Positions 1-16,162 of a stretch of 64,000 nucleotides of DNA are shown here, one piece after another. Below the pieces are notes generated by a model. The model was not told the origin of the DNA and did no database searches. It worked only from the letters and a program-made list of their open reading frames with translations. Origin of the DNA: Eledone cirrhosa. Taxonomy: Eukaryota. Each line of letters begins with the position of its first letter. Position 1 is the first letter of the stretch. Made by a program: the position numbers and the translations under genes. The DNA lies in NCBI GenBank assembly GCA_964016885.1, contig OZ024741.1, positions 316,386,001 to 316,450,000 of the forward strand. Direction: 5' to 3'.

Positions 1-3000
1 TACAACTACTACCACCACTACTGCCATATCACCAGCACCACTGTCACTAACTAATGTGACCACTACCACCACTATTGCCATATCACCAGCACCACTATCA
101 CTAACTAATACAACTACTACCACCACTACTGCCATATCACCAGCACCACTATCACTAACTAATACAACTACTACCACCACCACTGCCATATCACCAGCAC
201 CACTATCACTAACTAATACAACCACTACCACCACTACTGCCATATGACCAGCACCACTGTCACTAACTAATACAACTACTACCACCACTACTGCCATATC
301 ACCAGCACCACTATCACTAACTAATACAACTACTACCACCACTACTGCCATATGACCAGCACCACTGTCACTAACTAATACAACTACTACCACCACTATT
401 GCCATATCACCAGCACCACTATCACTAACTAATACAACTACTACCACCACTACTGCCATATCACCAGCACCACTATCACTAACTAATACAACTACTACCA
501 CCACTACTGCCATATCACCAGCACCACTGTCACTAACTAATACAACTACTACCACCACTACTGTCATATCACCAGCACCACTGTCACTAACTAATACAAC
601 TACTACCACCACTACTGCCATATCACCAGCACCACTGTCACTAACTAATACAACCACTACCACCACTACTGCCATATCACCAGCACCACTATCACTAACT
701 AATACAACTACTACCACCACTACTGCCATATCACCAGCACCACTGTCACTAACTAATACAACTACTACCACCACTACTGTCATATCACCAGCACCACTGT
801 CACTAACTAATACAACTACTACCACCACTACTGCCATATCACCAGCACCACTGTCACTAACTAATACAACCACTACCACCACTACTGCCATATCACCAGC
901 ACCACTATCACTAACTAATACAACTACTACCACCACTACTGCCATATCACCAGCACCACTGTCACTAACTAATGTGACCACTACCACCACTACTGTCATA
1001 TCACCAGCACCACTATCACTAACTAATACAACCACTACCACCACTACTGTCATATCACCAGCACCACTATCACTAACTAATACAACCACTACCACCACTA
1101 CTGCCATATCACCAGCACCACTGTCACTAACTAATACAACTACTACCACCACCACTGCCATATCACCAGCACCACTGTCACTAACTAATACAACTACTAC
1201 CACCACTACTGCCATATCACCAGCACCACTATCACTAACTAATGTGACCACTACCACCACTACTGCCATATCACCAGCACCACTATCACTAACTAATACA
1301 ACTACTACCACCACTACTGCCATATCACCAGCACCACTATCACTAACTAATACAACTACTACCACCACTACTACCATATCACCAGCACCACTATCACTAA
1401 CTAATACAACTACTACCACCACTACTGCCATATCACCAGCACCACTATCACTAACTAATACAACCACTACCACCACTACTGCCATATCACCAGCACCACT
1501 ATCACTAACTAATACAACTACTACCACCACTACTGCCATATCACCAGCACCACTGTCACTAACTAATACAACTACTACCACCACCACTGCCATATCACCA
1601 GCACCACTGTCACTAACTAATACAACTACTACCACCACTACTGCCATATCACCAGCACCACTGTCACTAACTAATACAACTACTACCACCACTACTGCCA
1701 TATCACCAGCACCACTATCACTAACTAATACAACTACTACCACCACTACTGCCATATCACCAGCACCACTGTCACTAACTAATACAACTACTACCACCAC
1801 CACTGCCATATCACCAGCACCACTGTCACTAACTAATACAACTACTACCACCACTACTCCCATATCACCAGCACCACTGTCACTAACTAATACGACCACT
1901 ACCACCACTACTGCCATATCACCAGCACCACTATCACTAACTAATACAACTACTACCACCACTACTGCCATATCACCAGCACCACTGTCACTAACTAATA
2001 CAACTACTACCACCACCACTGCCATATCACCAGCACCACTGTCACTAACTAATACAACTACTACCACCACTACTGCCATATCACCAGCACCACTGTCACT
2101 AACTAATACGACCACTACCACCACTACTGCCATATCACCAGCACCACTGTCACTAACTAATACAACTACTACCACCACTACTGCCATATCACCAGCACCA
2201 CTATCACTAACTAATACAACTACTACCACCACTACTGCCATATCACCAGCACCACTGTCACTAACTAATACAACTACTACCACCACCACTGCCATATCAC
2301 CAGCACCACTGTCACTAACTAATACAACTACTACCACCACTACTGCCATATCACCAGCACCACTGTCACTAACTAATACAACTACTACCACCACTACTGC
2401 CATATCACCAGCACCACTGTCACTAACTAATACAACTACTACCACCACTACTGCCATATCACCAGCACCACTATCACTAACTAATACAACTACTACCACC
2501 ACTACTGCCATATCACCAGCACCACTGTCACTAACTAATACAACTACTACCACCACTACTGCCATATCACCAGCACCACTATCACTAACTAATACAACTA
2601 CTACCACCACTACTGCCATATCACCAGCACCACTGTCACTAACTAATACAACTACTACCACCACTACTGCCATATCACCAGCACCACTATCACTAACTAA
2701 TACAACTACTACCACCACTACTGCCATATCACCAGCACCACTATCACTAACTAATACAACTACTACCACCACTACTGCCATATCACCAGCACCACTATCA
2801 CTAACTAATACAACTACTACCACCACTACTGCCATATCACCAGCACCACTGTCACTAACTAATACAACTACTACCACCACTACTGCCATATCACCAGCAC
2901 CACTATCACTAACTAATACAACTACTACCACCACTACTGCCATATCACCAGCACCACTGTCACTAACTAATACAACTACTACCACCACTACTGCCATATC

Positions 3001-6000
3001 ACCAGCACCACTATCACTAACTAATACAACTACTACCACCACTACTGCCATATCACCAGCACCACTATCACTAACTAATACAACTACTACCACCACTACT
3101 GCCATATCACCAGCACCACTATCACTAACTAATACAACTACTACCACCACTACTGCCATATCACCAGCACCACTGTCACTAACTAATACAACTACTACCA
3201 CCACTACTGCCATATCACCAGCACCACTATCACTAACTAATACAACTACTACCACCACTACTGCCATATCACCAGCACCACTGTCACTAACTAATACAAC
3301 CACTACCACCACTACTGCCATATCACCAGCACCACTGTCACTAACTAATGTGACCACTACCACCACTACTGCCATATCACCAGCACCACTGTCACTAACT
3401 AATGTGACCACTACCTCCACTACTGCCATATCACCAGCACCACTGTCACTAACTAATGTGACCACTACCTCCACTACTGCCATATCACCAGCACCACTGT
3501 CACTAACTAATGTGACCACTACCACCACTACTGCCATATCACCAGCACCACTGTCACTAACTAATGTGACCACTACCTCCACTACTGCCATATCACCAGC
3601 ACCACTGTCACTAACTAATGTGACCACTACCTCCACTACTGCCATATCACCAGCACCACTGTCACTAACTAATGTGACCACTACCACCACTACTGCCATA
3701 TCACCAGCACCACTGTCACTAACTAATGTGACCACTACCACCACTACTGCCATATCACCAGCACCACTGTCACTAACTAATGTGACCACTACCTCCACTA
3801 CTACCATATCACCAGCACCACTGTCACTAACTAATGTGACCACTACCACCACTACTGCCATATCACCAGCACCACTATCACTAACTAATACAACTACTAC
3901 CACCACTACTGTCATATCACCAGCACCACTGTCACTAACTAATACAACTACTACCACCACTACTGCCATATCACCAGCACCACTGTCACTAACTAATGTG
4001 ACCACTACCACCACTACTGCCATATCACCAGCACCACTATCACTAACTAATACAACTACTACCACCACTACTACCATATCACCAGCACCACTGTCACTAA
4101 CTAATGTGACCACTACCACCACTACTGCCATATCACCAGCACCACTATCACTAACTAATACAACTACTACCACCACTACTGCCATATCACCAGCACCACT
4201 ATCACTAACTAATACAACCACTACCACCACTACTGCCATATCACCAGCACCACTATCACTAACTAATACAACCACTACCACCACTACTGCCATATCACCA
4301 GCACCACTATCACTAACTAATACAACTACTACCACCACTACTGCCATATCACCAGCACCACTATCACTAACTAATACAACCACTACCACCACTACTGCCA
4401 TATCACCAGCACCACTGTCACTAACTAATGTGACCACTACCACCACTACTACCATATCACCAGCACCACTATCACTAACTAATGTGACCACTACCACCAC
4501 TACTGCCATATCACCAGCACCACTGTCACTAACTAATACAACTACTACCACCACTACTACCATATCACCAGCACCACTGTCACTAACTAATACAACTACT
4601 ACCACCACTACTGCCATATCACCAGCACCACTATCACTAACTAATACAACTACTACCACCACTACTACCATATCACCAGCACCACTGTCACTAACTAATA
4701 CAACTACTACCACCACTACTGCCATATCACCAGCACCACTATCACTAACTAATACAACTACTACCACCACTACTGCCATATCACCAGCACCACTATCACT
4801 AACTAATACAACCACTACCACCACTACTGCCATATCACCAGCACCACTGTCACTAACTAATGTGACCACTACCACCACTACTACCATATCACCAGCACCA
4901 CTATCACTAACTAATACAACTACTACCACCACTACTGCCATATCACCAGCACCACTATCACTAACTAATACAACCACTACCACCACTACTGCCATATCAC
5001 CAGCACCACTGTCACTAACTAATACAACTACTACCACCACCACTGCCATATCACCAGCACCACTATCACTAACTAATGTGACCACTACCACCACTACTGC
5101 CATATCACCAGCACCACTGTCACTAACTAATACAACTACTACCACCACTACTGCCATATCACCAGCACCACTGTCACTAACTAATACAACTACTACCACC
5201 ACTACTACCATATCACCAGCACCACTATCACTAACTAATACAACTACTACCGCCACTACTGCCATATCACCAGCACCACTATCACTAACTAATACAACTA
5301 CTACCACCACTACTGCCATATCACCAGCACCACTATCACTAACTAATACAACTACTACCGCCACTACTGCCATATCACCAGCACCACTGTCACTAACTAA
5401 TGTGACCACTACCACCACTACTACCATATCACCAGCACCACTATCACTAACTAATACAACTACTACCACCACTACTGTCATATCACCAGCACCACTATCA
5501 CTAACTAATACAACTACTACCACCACTACTACCATATCACCAGCACCACTGTCACTAACTAATACAACTACTACCACCACTACTACCATATCACCAGCAC
5601 CACTGTCACTAACTAATACAACTACTACCACCACTACTGCCATATCACCAGCACCACTGTCACTAACTAATACAACTACTACCACCACTACTGTCATATC
5701 ACCAGCACCACTATCACTAACTAATGTGACCACTACCACCACTACTGCCATATCACCAGCACCACTATCACTAACTAATACAACTACTACCACCACTACT
5801 GCCATATCACCAGCACCACTGTCACTAACTAATACAACTACTACCACCACTACTGCCATATCACCAGCACCACTATCACTAACTAATACAACTACTACCA
5901 CCACTACTGTCATATCACCAGCACCACTGTCACTAACTAATACAACTACTACCACCACTACTGCCATATCACCAGCACCACTATCACTAACTAATGTGAC

Positions 6001-9000
6001 CACTACCACCACTACTGCCATATCACCAGCACCACTGTCACTAACTAATACAACTACTACCACCACTACTGCCATATCACCAGCACCACTATCACTAACT
6101 AATACAACTACTACCACCACTACTGCCATATCACCAGCACCACTATCACTAACTAATACAACTACTACCACCACTACTACCATATCACCAGCACCACTAT
6201 CACTAACTAATACAACTACTACCACCACTACTGTCATATCACCAGCACCACTGTCACTAACTAATACAACTACTACCACCACTACTACCATATCACCAGC
6301 ACCACTGTCACTAACTAATACAACTACTACCACCACCACTGCCATATCACCAGCACCACTATCACTAACTAATACAACTACTACCACCACCACTGCCATA
6401 TCACCAGCACCACTATCACTAACTAATACAACTACTACCGCCACTACTGCCATATCACCAGCACCACTGTCACTAACTAATGTGACCACTACCACCACTA
6501 CTGCCATATCACCAGCACCACTATCACTAACTAATACAACTACTACCACCACCACTGCCATATCACCAGCACCACTGTCACTAACTAATGTGACCACTAC
6601 CACCACTACTGCCATATCACCAGCACCACTATCACTAACTAATACAACTACTACCACCACTACTGTCATATCACCAGCACCACTGTCACTAACTAATACA
6701 ACTACTACCACCACTACTGCCATATCACCAGCACCACTATCACTAACTAATACAACTACTACCACCACTACTGCCATATCACCAGCACCACTGTCACTAA
6801 CTAATACAACTACTACCACCACTGCTGCCATATCACCAGCACCACTATCACTAACTAATACAACTACTACCACCACTACTGCCATATCACCAGCACCACT
6901 GTCACTAACTAATACAACTACTACCACCACTACTGCCATATCACCAGCACCACTGTCACTAACTAATACAACTACTACCACCACTACTGCCATATCACCA
7001 GCACCACTGTCACTAACTAATGTGACCACTACCACCACTACTGCCATATCACCAGCACCACTATCACTAACTAATACAACTACTACCACCACTGCTGCCA
7101 TATCACCAGCACCACTATCACTAACTAATACAACTACTACCACCACTACTGCCATATCACCAGCACCACTGTCACTAACTAATACAACCACTACCACCAC
7201 TACTGCCATATCACCAGCACCACTATCACTAACTAATGTGACCACTACCACCACTACTGCCATATCACCAGCACCACTATCACTAACTAATGTGACCACT
7301 ACCACCACTACTGCCATATCACCAGCACCACTGTCACTAACTAATACAACTACTACCACCACTACTACCATATCACCAGCACCACTGTCACTAACTAATG
7401 TGACCACTACCACCACTACTGCCATATCACCAGCACCACTGTCACTAACTAATACAACTACTACCACCACTACTGTCATATCACCAGCACCACTATCACT
7501 AACTAATGTGACCACTACCACCACTACTGCCATATCACCAGCACCACTATCACTAACTAATACAACTACTACCACCACTACTGCCATATCACCAGCACCA
7601 CTGTCACTAACTAATACAACTACTACCACCACTGCTGCCATATCACCAGCACCACTATCACTAACTAATGTGACCACTACCACCACTACTGCCATATCAC
7701 CAGCACCACTGTCACTAACTAATACAACCACTACCACCACTACTGCCATATCACCAGCACCACTGTCACTAACTAATACAACTACTACCACCACTACTGC
7801 TATATCACCAGCACCACTATCACTAACTAATACAACCACTACCACCACTACTGCCATATCACCAGCACCACTGTCACTAACTAATACAACTACTACCACC
7901 ACTACTGCCATATCACCAGCACCACTATCACTAACTAATACAACTACTACCACCACTACTGCCATATCACCAGCACCACCGTCACTAACTAATGTGACCA
8001 CTACCACCACTACTGCCATATCACCAGCACCACTGTCACTAACTAATACAACTACTACCACCACTGCTGCCATATCACCAGCACCACTATCACTAACTAA
8101 TACAACTACTACCACCACTGCTGCCATATCACCAGCACCACTATCACTAACTAATACAACTACTACCACCACTACTGCCATATCACCAGCACCACTATCA
8201 CTAACTAATACAACCACTACCACCACTACTGCCATATCACCAGCACCACTGTCACTAACTAATACAACTACTACCACCACTACTGCCATATCACCAGCAC
8301 CACTGTCACTAACTAATACAACTACTACCACCACTGCTGCCATATCACCAGCACCACTGTCACTAACTAATACAACTACTACCACCACTACTGCCATATC
8401 ACCAGCACCACCGTCACTAACTAATGTGACCACTACCACCACTACTGCCATATCACCAGCACCACTGTCACTAACTAATACAACTACTACCACCACTACT
8501 GCCATATCACCAGCACCACTATCACTAACTAATACAACTACTACCACCACTACTGCCATATCACCAGCACCACTATCACTAACTAATACAACCACTACCA
8601 CCACTACTGCCATATCACCAGCACCACTATCACTAACTAATACAACCACTACCACCACTACTGCCATATCACCAGCACCACTATCACTAACTAATACAAC
8701 TACTACCACCACTACTGTCATATCACCAGCACCACTGTCACTAACTAATACAACTACTACCACCACCACTGCCATATCACCAGCACCACTGTCACTAACT
8801 AATACAACTACTACCGCCACTACTGCCATATCACCAGCACCACTGTCACTAACTAATGTGACCACTACCACCACTACTGTCATATCACCAGCACCACTAT
8901 CACTAACTAATACAACCACTACCACCACTACTGCCATATCACCAGCACCACTATCACTAACTAATGTGACCACTACCACCACTACTGCCATATCACCAGC

Positions 9001-12000
9001 ACCACTGTCACTAACTAATACAACTACTACCACCACTACTGCCATATCACCAGCACCACTGTCACTAACTAATACAACTACTACCGCCACTACTGCCATA
9101 TCACCAGCACCACTGTCACTAACTAATACAACTACTACCACCACCACTGCCATATCACCAGCACCACTATCACTAACTAATACAACTACTACCACCACTA
9201 CTGCCATATCACCAGCACCACTATCACTAACTAATACAACTACTACCACCACTACTGCCATATCACCAGCACCACTATCACTAACTAATACAACCACTAC
9301 CACCACTACTGCCATATCACCAGCACCACTGTCACTAACTAATACAACTACTACCACCACTACTGCCATATCACCAGCACCACTATCACTAACTAATACA
9401 ACTACTACCACCACCACTGCCATATCACCAGCACCACTGTCACTAACTAATACAACTACTACCACCACTACTGCCATATCACCAGCACCACTATCACTAA
9501 CTAATACAACTACTACCACCACTACTGCCATATCACCAGCACCACTATCACTAACTAATACAACTACTACCACCACTATTGCCATATCACCAGCACCACT
9601 ATCAATAACTAATACAACTACTACCACCACTACTGCCATATCACCAGCACCACTGTCACTAACTAATACAACTACTACCACCACTACTGCCATATCACCA
9701 GCACCACTATCACTAACTAATACAACCACTACCACCACTACTGCCATATCACCAGCACCACTATCACTAACTAATACAACTACTACCACCACTACTGACA
9801 TATCACCAGCACCACTATCACTAACTAATACAACTACTACCACCACTACTACCATATCACCAGCACCACTGTCACTAACTAATACAACCACTACCACCAC
9901 TACTGCCATATCACCAGCACCACTATCACTAACTAATGTGACCACTACCACCACTACTGCCATATCACCAGCACCACTGTCACTAACTAATACAACTACT
10001 ACCACCACTACTGCCATATCACCAGCACCACTATCACTAACTAATACAACTACTACCACCACTACTGCCATATCACCAGCACCACTGTCACTAACTAATA
10101 CAACTACTACCACCACTACTGCCATATCACCAGCACCACTGTCACTAACTAATACAACTACTACCACCACTACTGCCATATCACCAGCACCACTATCACT
10201 AACTAATACAACCACTACCACCACTACTGCCATATCACCAGCACCACTATCACTAACTAATACAACTACTACCACCACTACTGCCATATCACCAGCACCA
10301 CTGTCACTAACTAATACAACTACTACCACCACCTCTGCCATATCACCAGCACCACTGTCACTAACTAATACAACTACTACCACCACCACTGCCATATCAC
10401 CAGCACCACTATCACTAACTAATACAACTACTACCACCACCACTGCCATATCACCAGCACCACTATCACTAACTAATACAACTACTACCACCACTACTGC
10501 CATATCACCAGCACCACTATCACTAACTAATACAACTACTACCACCACTACTGCCATATCACCAGCACCACTGTCACTAACTAATACAACTACTACCACC
10601 ACCTCTGCCATATCACCAGCACCACTGTCACTAACTAATACAACTACTACCACCACCACTGCCATATCACCAGCACCACTATCACTAACTAATACAACTA
10701 CTACCACCACCACTGCCATATCACCAGCACCACTATCACTAACTAATACAACTACTACCACCACTACTGCCATATCACCAGCACCACTGTCACTAACTAA
10801 TACAACTACTACCACCACTACTGCCATATCACCAGCACCACTATCACTAACTAATACAACTACTACCACCACTACTGCCATATCACCAGCACCACTATCA
10901 CTAACTAATACAACTACTACCACCACTGCTGCCATATCACCAGCACCACTGTCACTAACTAATGTGACCACTACCACCACTACTGCCATATCACCAGCAC
11001 CACTGTCACTAACTAATACAACTACTACCACCACTACTGCCATATCACCAGCACCACTATCACTAACTAATACAACTACTACCACCACTACTGCCATATC
11101 ACCAGCACCACTGTCACTAACTAATACAACTACTACCACCACCACTGCCATATCACCAGCACCACTATCACTAACTAATACAACTACTACCACCACTACT
11201 GCCATATCACCAGCACCACTATCACTAACTAATACAACTACTACCACCACTACTGCCATATCACCAGCACCACTATCACTAACTAATACAACTACTACCA
11301 CCACTACTGCCATATCACCAGCACCACTATCACTAACTAATACAACTACTACCACCACTACTACCATATCACCAGCACCACTGTCACTAACTAATACAAC
11401 TACTACCGCCACTACTGCCATATCACCAGCACCACTGTCACTAACTAATGTGACCACTACCACCACTACTGCCATATCACCAGCACCACTGTCACTAACT
11501 AATACAACCACTACCACCACTACTGTCATATCACCAGCACCACTGTCACTAACTAATACAACTACTACCACCACCACTGCCATATCACCAGCACCACTGT
11601 CACTAACTAATACAACTACTACCGCCACTACTGCCATATCACCAGCACCACTGTCACTAACTAATGTGACCACTACCACCACTACTGCCATATCACCAGC
11701 ACCACTATCACTAACTAATACAACTACTACCACCACTACTGCCATATCACCAGCACCACTGTCACTAACTAATACAACCACTACCACCACCACTGCCATA
11801 TCACCAGCACCACTGTCACTAACTAATACAACTACTACCGCCACTACTGCCATATCACCAGCACCACTGTCACTAACTAATGTGACCACTACCACCACTA
11901 CTGCCATATCACCAGCACCACTATCACTAACTAATACAACTACTACCACCACTACTGCCATATCACCAGCACCACTATCACTAACTAATACAACTACTAC

Positions 12001-13200
12001 CACCACCACTGCCATATCACCAGCACCACTATCACTAACTAATACAACTACTACCACCACTACTGCCATATCACCAGCACCACTGTCACTAACTAATACA
12101 ACTACTACCACCACTACTGCCATATCACCAGCACCACTGTCACTAACTAATACAACTACTACCACCACTACTGTCATATCACCAGCACCACTGTCACTAA
12201 CTAATACAACTACTACCACCACTACTGCCATATCACCAGCACCACTATCACTAACTAATACAACTACTACCACCACTACTGCCATATCACCAGCACCACT
12301 ATCACTAACTAATACAACTACTACCACCACCACTGCCATATCACCAGCACCACTATCACTAACTAATACAACTACTACCACCACTACTGCCATATCACCA
12401 GTACCACTATCACTAACTAATACAACTACTACCACCACTACTGCCATATCACCAGCACCACTATCACTAACTAATACAACTACTACCACCACCACTGCCA
12501 TATCACCAGCACCACTATCACTAACTAATACAACTACTACCACCACTACTGCCATATCACCAGTACCACTATCACTAACTAATACAACTACTACCACCAC
12601 CACTGCCATATCACCAGCACCACTATCACTAACTAATACAACTACTACCACCACTACTGCCATATCACCAGCACCACTATCACTAACTAATACAACTACT
12701 ACCACCACTACTGCCATATCACCAGCACCACTATCACTAACTAATACAACTACTACCACCACCACTGCCATATCACCAGCACCACTATCACTAACTAATA
12801 CAACTACTACCACCACTACTGCCATATCACCAGTACCACTATCACTAACTAATACAACTACTACCACCACCTCTGCCATATCACCAGCACCACTATCACT
12901 AACTAATGCGACCACTACCACCACTACTGCCATATCACCAGCACCACTATCACTAACTAATACAACTACTACCACCACTACTGCCATATCACCAGCACCA
13001 CTGTCACTAACTAATACAACTACTACCACCACTACTACCATATCACCAGCACCACTGTCACTAACTAATGCGACCACTACCACCACTACTGCCATATCAC
13101 CAGCACCACTGTCACTAACTAATACAACTACTACCACCACTACAATCATGTCACCAGCACCACTATCACTAACTAATACAACTACTACCACCACCACAAC
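1..13200. repeat. 54-bp tandem satellite/minisatellite (~244 units, runs off the left edge); consensus TACAACTACTACCACCACTACTGCCATATCACCAGCACCACTRTCACTAACTAA
   Basis: Unit repeats with no visible indels and only point variants. One + frame reads (TTTTTTTAISPAPLSLTN)n but has in-frame TGA at 245-247 and 353-355. It lies in the inferred intron 2 of the minus-strand Mxd gene. Confidence 0.97.
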
Positions 13201-13896
13201 CAATGCCAAAACCAGGACAACTTGAAAGAACTAATAAACACCAATGCTAACCTCCAATGCTAACACCACCATTAGCAATAACAACAGCACTTCCACCTCT
13301 AACAACAATAACAACTCCACCACCAACAACCACCACCAACAACCACCACAACAAAAACAACCAAGGACATCAACCTCATGACCACCACTACTACCAACCT
13401 TTTCAACAACAGCCCCCAACATGCATACTCTTCACTCAGATCCTAATTAACCCAGTTCTCACCAGATACAGAGGAGAGAAATGGGTGGGTGAGGAGAAAA
13501 TATAGAATATACCTACCACCACCATCATCAGTATTCTGTTCAGTAATAACAAAGTAGTTATGTATAAAAAATAGCTCCTATCCCACTCTATACCACCACA
13601 ACTACAACAACTACCACAACTACCACAACTACCACAACTACCATCACCACACCTACCACCAACATCACTATATCAGTCACGCATTCTTGCATCTTTGCAC
13701 CTAATCTATTGCATCACATGTATGTATGTGTGTATGTACAGGAAAATAGATAAGTAGATACATAAGTAGATAGGTACATGCATTTATATACGTTATGTGT
13801 GTGTGTGTGCGTGTATATATTTGTATGTCTGGAAATACACCTATTTCACTGCCTTGCCTGTATGTATATGTGTGTACGTGTATATATATATATGTG

Positions 13897-13949
<53 letters not shown>

Positions 13950-14061
13950 CCCACAAAAAATGGCTGACTGAATACACATGCTTTTTCTCCAAAATGATTT
14001 TTTTCTCCATTTCTTCCCCTTCTCACTCTCCTCTCTCTTCTTTTATTTCTCATTCTATCTT

Positions 14062-14168
14062 CTGGCGAAGGACTAGCGGTCCAAAACGTTAATACTCTTT
14101 TTCTACAATATCAAGTATTAAACTAATATCTCCATTGTACTGTTATGTTTGTTTTGTTGTTTTCCATT
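14062..14168 (+). mobile_element. Penelope-like pLTR/3'-end remnant with degenerate minimal hammerhead motif
   Basis: CTGGCGA-AGGAC-TAGCG-GTCC-AAAACGTTA matches CUGAnGA/stem II/GAAACGUUA with two core substitutions. The downstream tail (tcaagt..aaactaatat..cattgtactgt) is shared with the minus-strand copy at 20590-20720. Confidence 0.55.
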
Positions 14169-14347
14169 TATACACATGCATGCACACACATGCTCACAAA
14201 CAAAAATATACAACTCAACAAAGGAGCATGCTCGACATGCTAGAAATAACAACTAAATCTTCTCTCAAATCAAACCCTACTATTTAAAATAAAAGTGAGA
14301 GCCCTTTACTAGAGAAAGACATGAAAGTTTACCCAGATATGAGATTT

Positions 14348-14609
14348 TAAGCCTTTGTTACAATATTTCTAATTAAATTACACAGCCTATTATTTTTTTA
14401 AAAAAATGAAAATAATCAAGAAATTGGAGGGATCTAGTAATATGACTAACTTTCTCATTATTAAGTTGGTGTTTGGAATATAGCTTAACTATGGTTCTTG
14501 CAGAAAAATTATGTTGGAAGGTTTTTAGATAAATATAAACACTTCAAAAATAAGCAACTTTGTGTTGTAGAACCAGGGGCAATTTCAGGAAGTTTGGTAT
14601 GGAAAGGCT
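14348..14609. mobile_element. Degenerate piggyBac-like (TTAA) MITE
   Basis: The end gtagaaccaggggcaatttcaggaagtttggtatggaaagg matches 30338-30383 (...gtttggtatcgaaagggttaa), and the internal sequence matches 29300-29470. Confidence 0.5.
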
Positions 14610-14670
14610 TTTCCTACACGACAGAGGCTTATTTGTGACTCTTGTTTGGTAGAATTAACCATTTGCGAGT

Positions 14671-15070
14671 TTAACACTACCATCTAATCCATGAGTGGTA
14701 GACTTAATCTGTCACCCAGTTTAACACTACCATCTAATCCATGAGTGGTAGACTTAATCTGTCACCCAGTTTAACACTACCATCTAATCCATGAGTGGTA
14801 GACTTAATCTGTCACCCAGTTTAACACTACCATCTAATCCATGAGTGGTAGACTTAACCTGTCACCCAGTTTAACACTACCATCTAATCCATGAGTGGTA
14901 GACTTAATCTGTCACCCAGTTTAACACTACCATCTAATCCATGAGTGGTAGACTTAATCTGTCACCCAGTTTAACACTACCATCTAATCCATGAGTGGTA
15001 GACTTAATCTGTCACCCAGTTTAACACTACCATCTAATCCATGAGTGGTAGACTTAATCTGTCACCCAGT
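14671..15070. repeat. 50-bp minisatellite, 8 near-identical copies, followed by degenerate copies to ~15225
   Basis: Unit TTAACACTACCATCTAATCCATGAGTGGTAGACTTAATCTGTCACCCAGT read directly from the sequence. Confidence 0.95.
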
Positions 15071-15289
15071 TCCACACCTGATCCTTGACATAATCTATTA
15101 CCCAGTTTAACATCACTTTGGGTGGGAGACTTAATCTGTTACCTAGTTTAATAGCACTATCTGATCTTTGGGTGGTAGACTTAATCTACTGCCCAATTTA
15201 ACAACTAAATCTGACACTTGGGTGATTGTAAGGAACTCCTCTCCATTGCAAACATTTGAACAAGATACTTTCCCCCTTTCCTCTCTCCG

Positions 15290-15620
15290 TCTCATCAGTC
15301 TCAGAGGTCTTGAAAAATGCATTGCTGCACCGGAAAGGATGAACCTGTGTTGGTTTCAATGATGAGTGTCCCAATTATTTGATCAACATGAAATTAACAT
15401 GCAAGTGGCTGAGCATTCGACAGATATGTGTGCCCTTAATGTAATTCTCAGAGAGATTCAGTGTAATACAATACATGTCAAAGCTGGCTCTTCGAATTAC
15501 AGGTACAATCTATCTGACAAGCTTCCATACAATTTCTATCTACCCAATTTCACATACAGAACTCAGGTTTACCCGAGGCTGTGGTAAATAACATTTGCCC
15601 AAGATGTCTCGCAACCATTT
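15290..15620 (-). mobile_element. Dispersed SINE-like repeat (family C)
   Basis: gcaagtggctgagcatt..cagatatgtgtgcccttaatgtaattctc is shared with 55084-55130 and, inverted, with 44030-44085 and 44270-44335. A tRNA-like head for this family is seen at 43848. Confidence 0.55.
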
Positions 15621-15815
15621 GGCCATATTGTGTCCACAGATAATTTATAAGAATCATTGACTTTGAAAAAGGAGAGAATGACAAAACACATCTATTTGTC
15701 AGAACTTTTTATTCAGCCTGGCCATCACAACATAAAGCACATTTCTAACTCACCATGCCTTCAAAAACGGTTACCAACCCCTATTCTAGAACATCTAAAA
15801 AGCTATGGAACTTAC

Positions 15816-15906
15816 CGATTTCCTTGAGATTTCTTCGATTTAGGTCTCCGTTTTGTAATATCATCAGGAATATGTGTTGCTGGGGCAGCGTAGCCATGTT
15901 CAGCCT
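15816..15906 (-). CDS. MXD1/MXI1: Max dimerization protein (Mad/Mxd/Mxi1 family), coding exon 2: (E)AEHGYAAPATHIPDDITKRRPKSKKSQGN(R)
   Basis: 91-nt exon with a long polypyrimidine tract, CTGAC branch-like motif, CAG acceptor (15907-15909) and GTAAGT donor (from 15815). A phase-1 join to exon 1 gives ERKDR-EAEHGYA, the Mxd signature after the SID. It ends just before the expected basic region (R-S-x-H-N-E-L-E). Confidence 0.9.
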
Positions 15907-16162
15907 CTGTCCATATGGAACCAAAGAATGGTCAGAACAACAACAGAAAGAAAAAGAAAAGAAAAGAAAAGAAAAATATAAGCAAATTATTTTTCAAAAT
16001 ATAAAAGTAATTAAATATAGAAATATAATACTTATATATTTAATTACACACACCATGCACAAACACACACACACATATATAGATAGATAGATAAGGATTT
16101 TACCAGTTTTAATCTAGTAAGACAATTTTCAGCAGAGTACTTGATATTTGGGATAGTCTCTA

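Noticed and set aside
974-13225. 4083-aa Thr-rich ORF as a bona fide gene
   Set aside because: Pure satellite translation with a GTG start inside the array, in-frame stops upstream and no unique domains. Kept only as a low-probability finding.
14671-15070. CRISPR-like array
   Set aside because: Units are contiguous and identical with no unique spacers, in a eukaryotic context.
13226-15815. Search for the Mxd bHLH exon 3
   Set aside because: No HNELEK-like coding sequence found on the minus strand by eye; presumed to lie left of the window.
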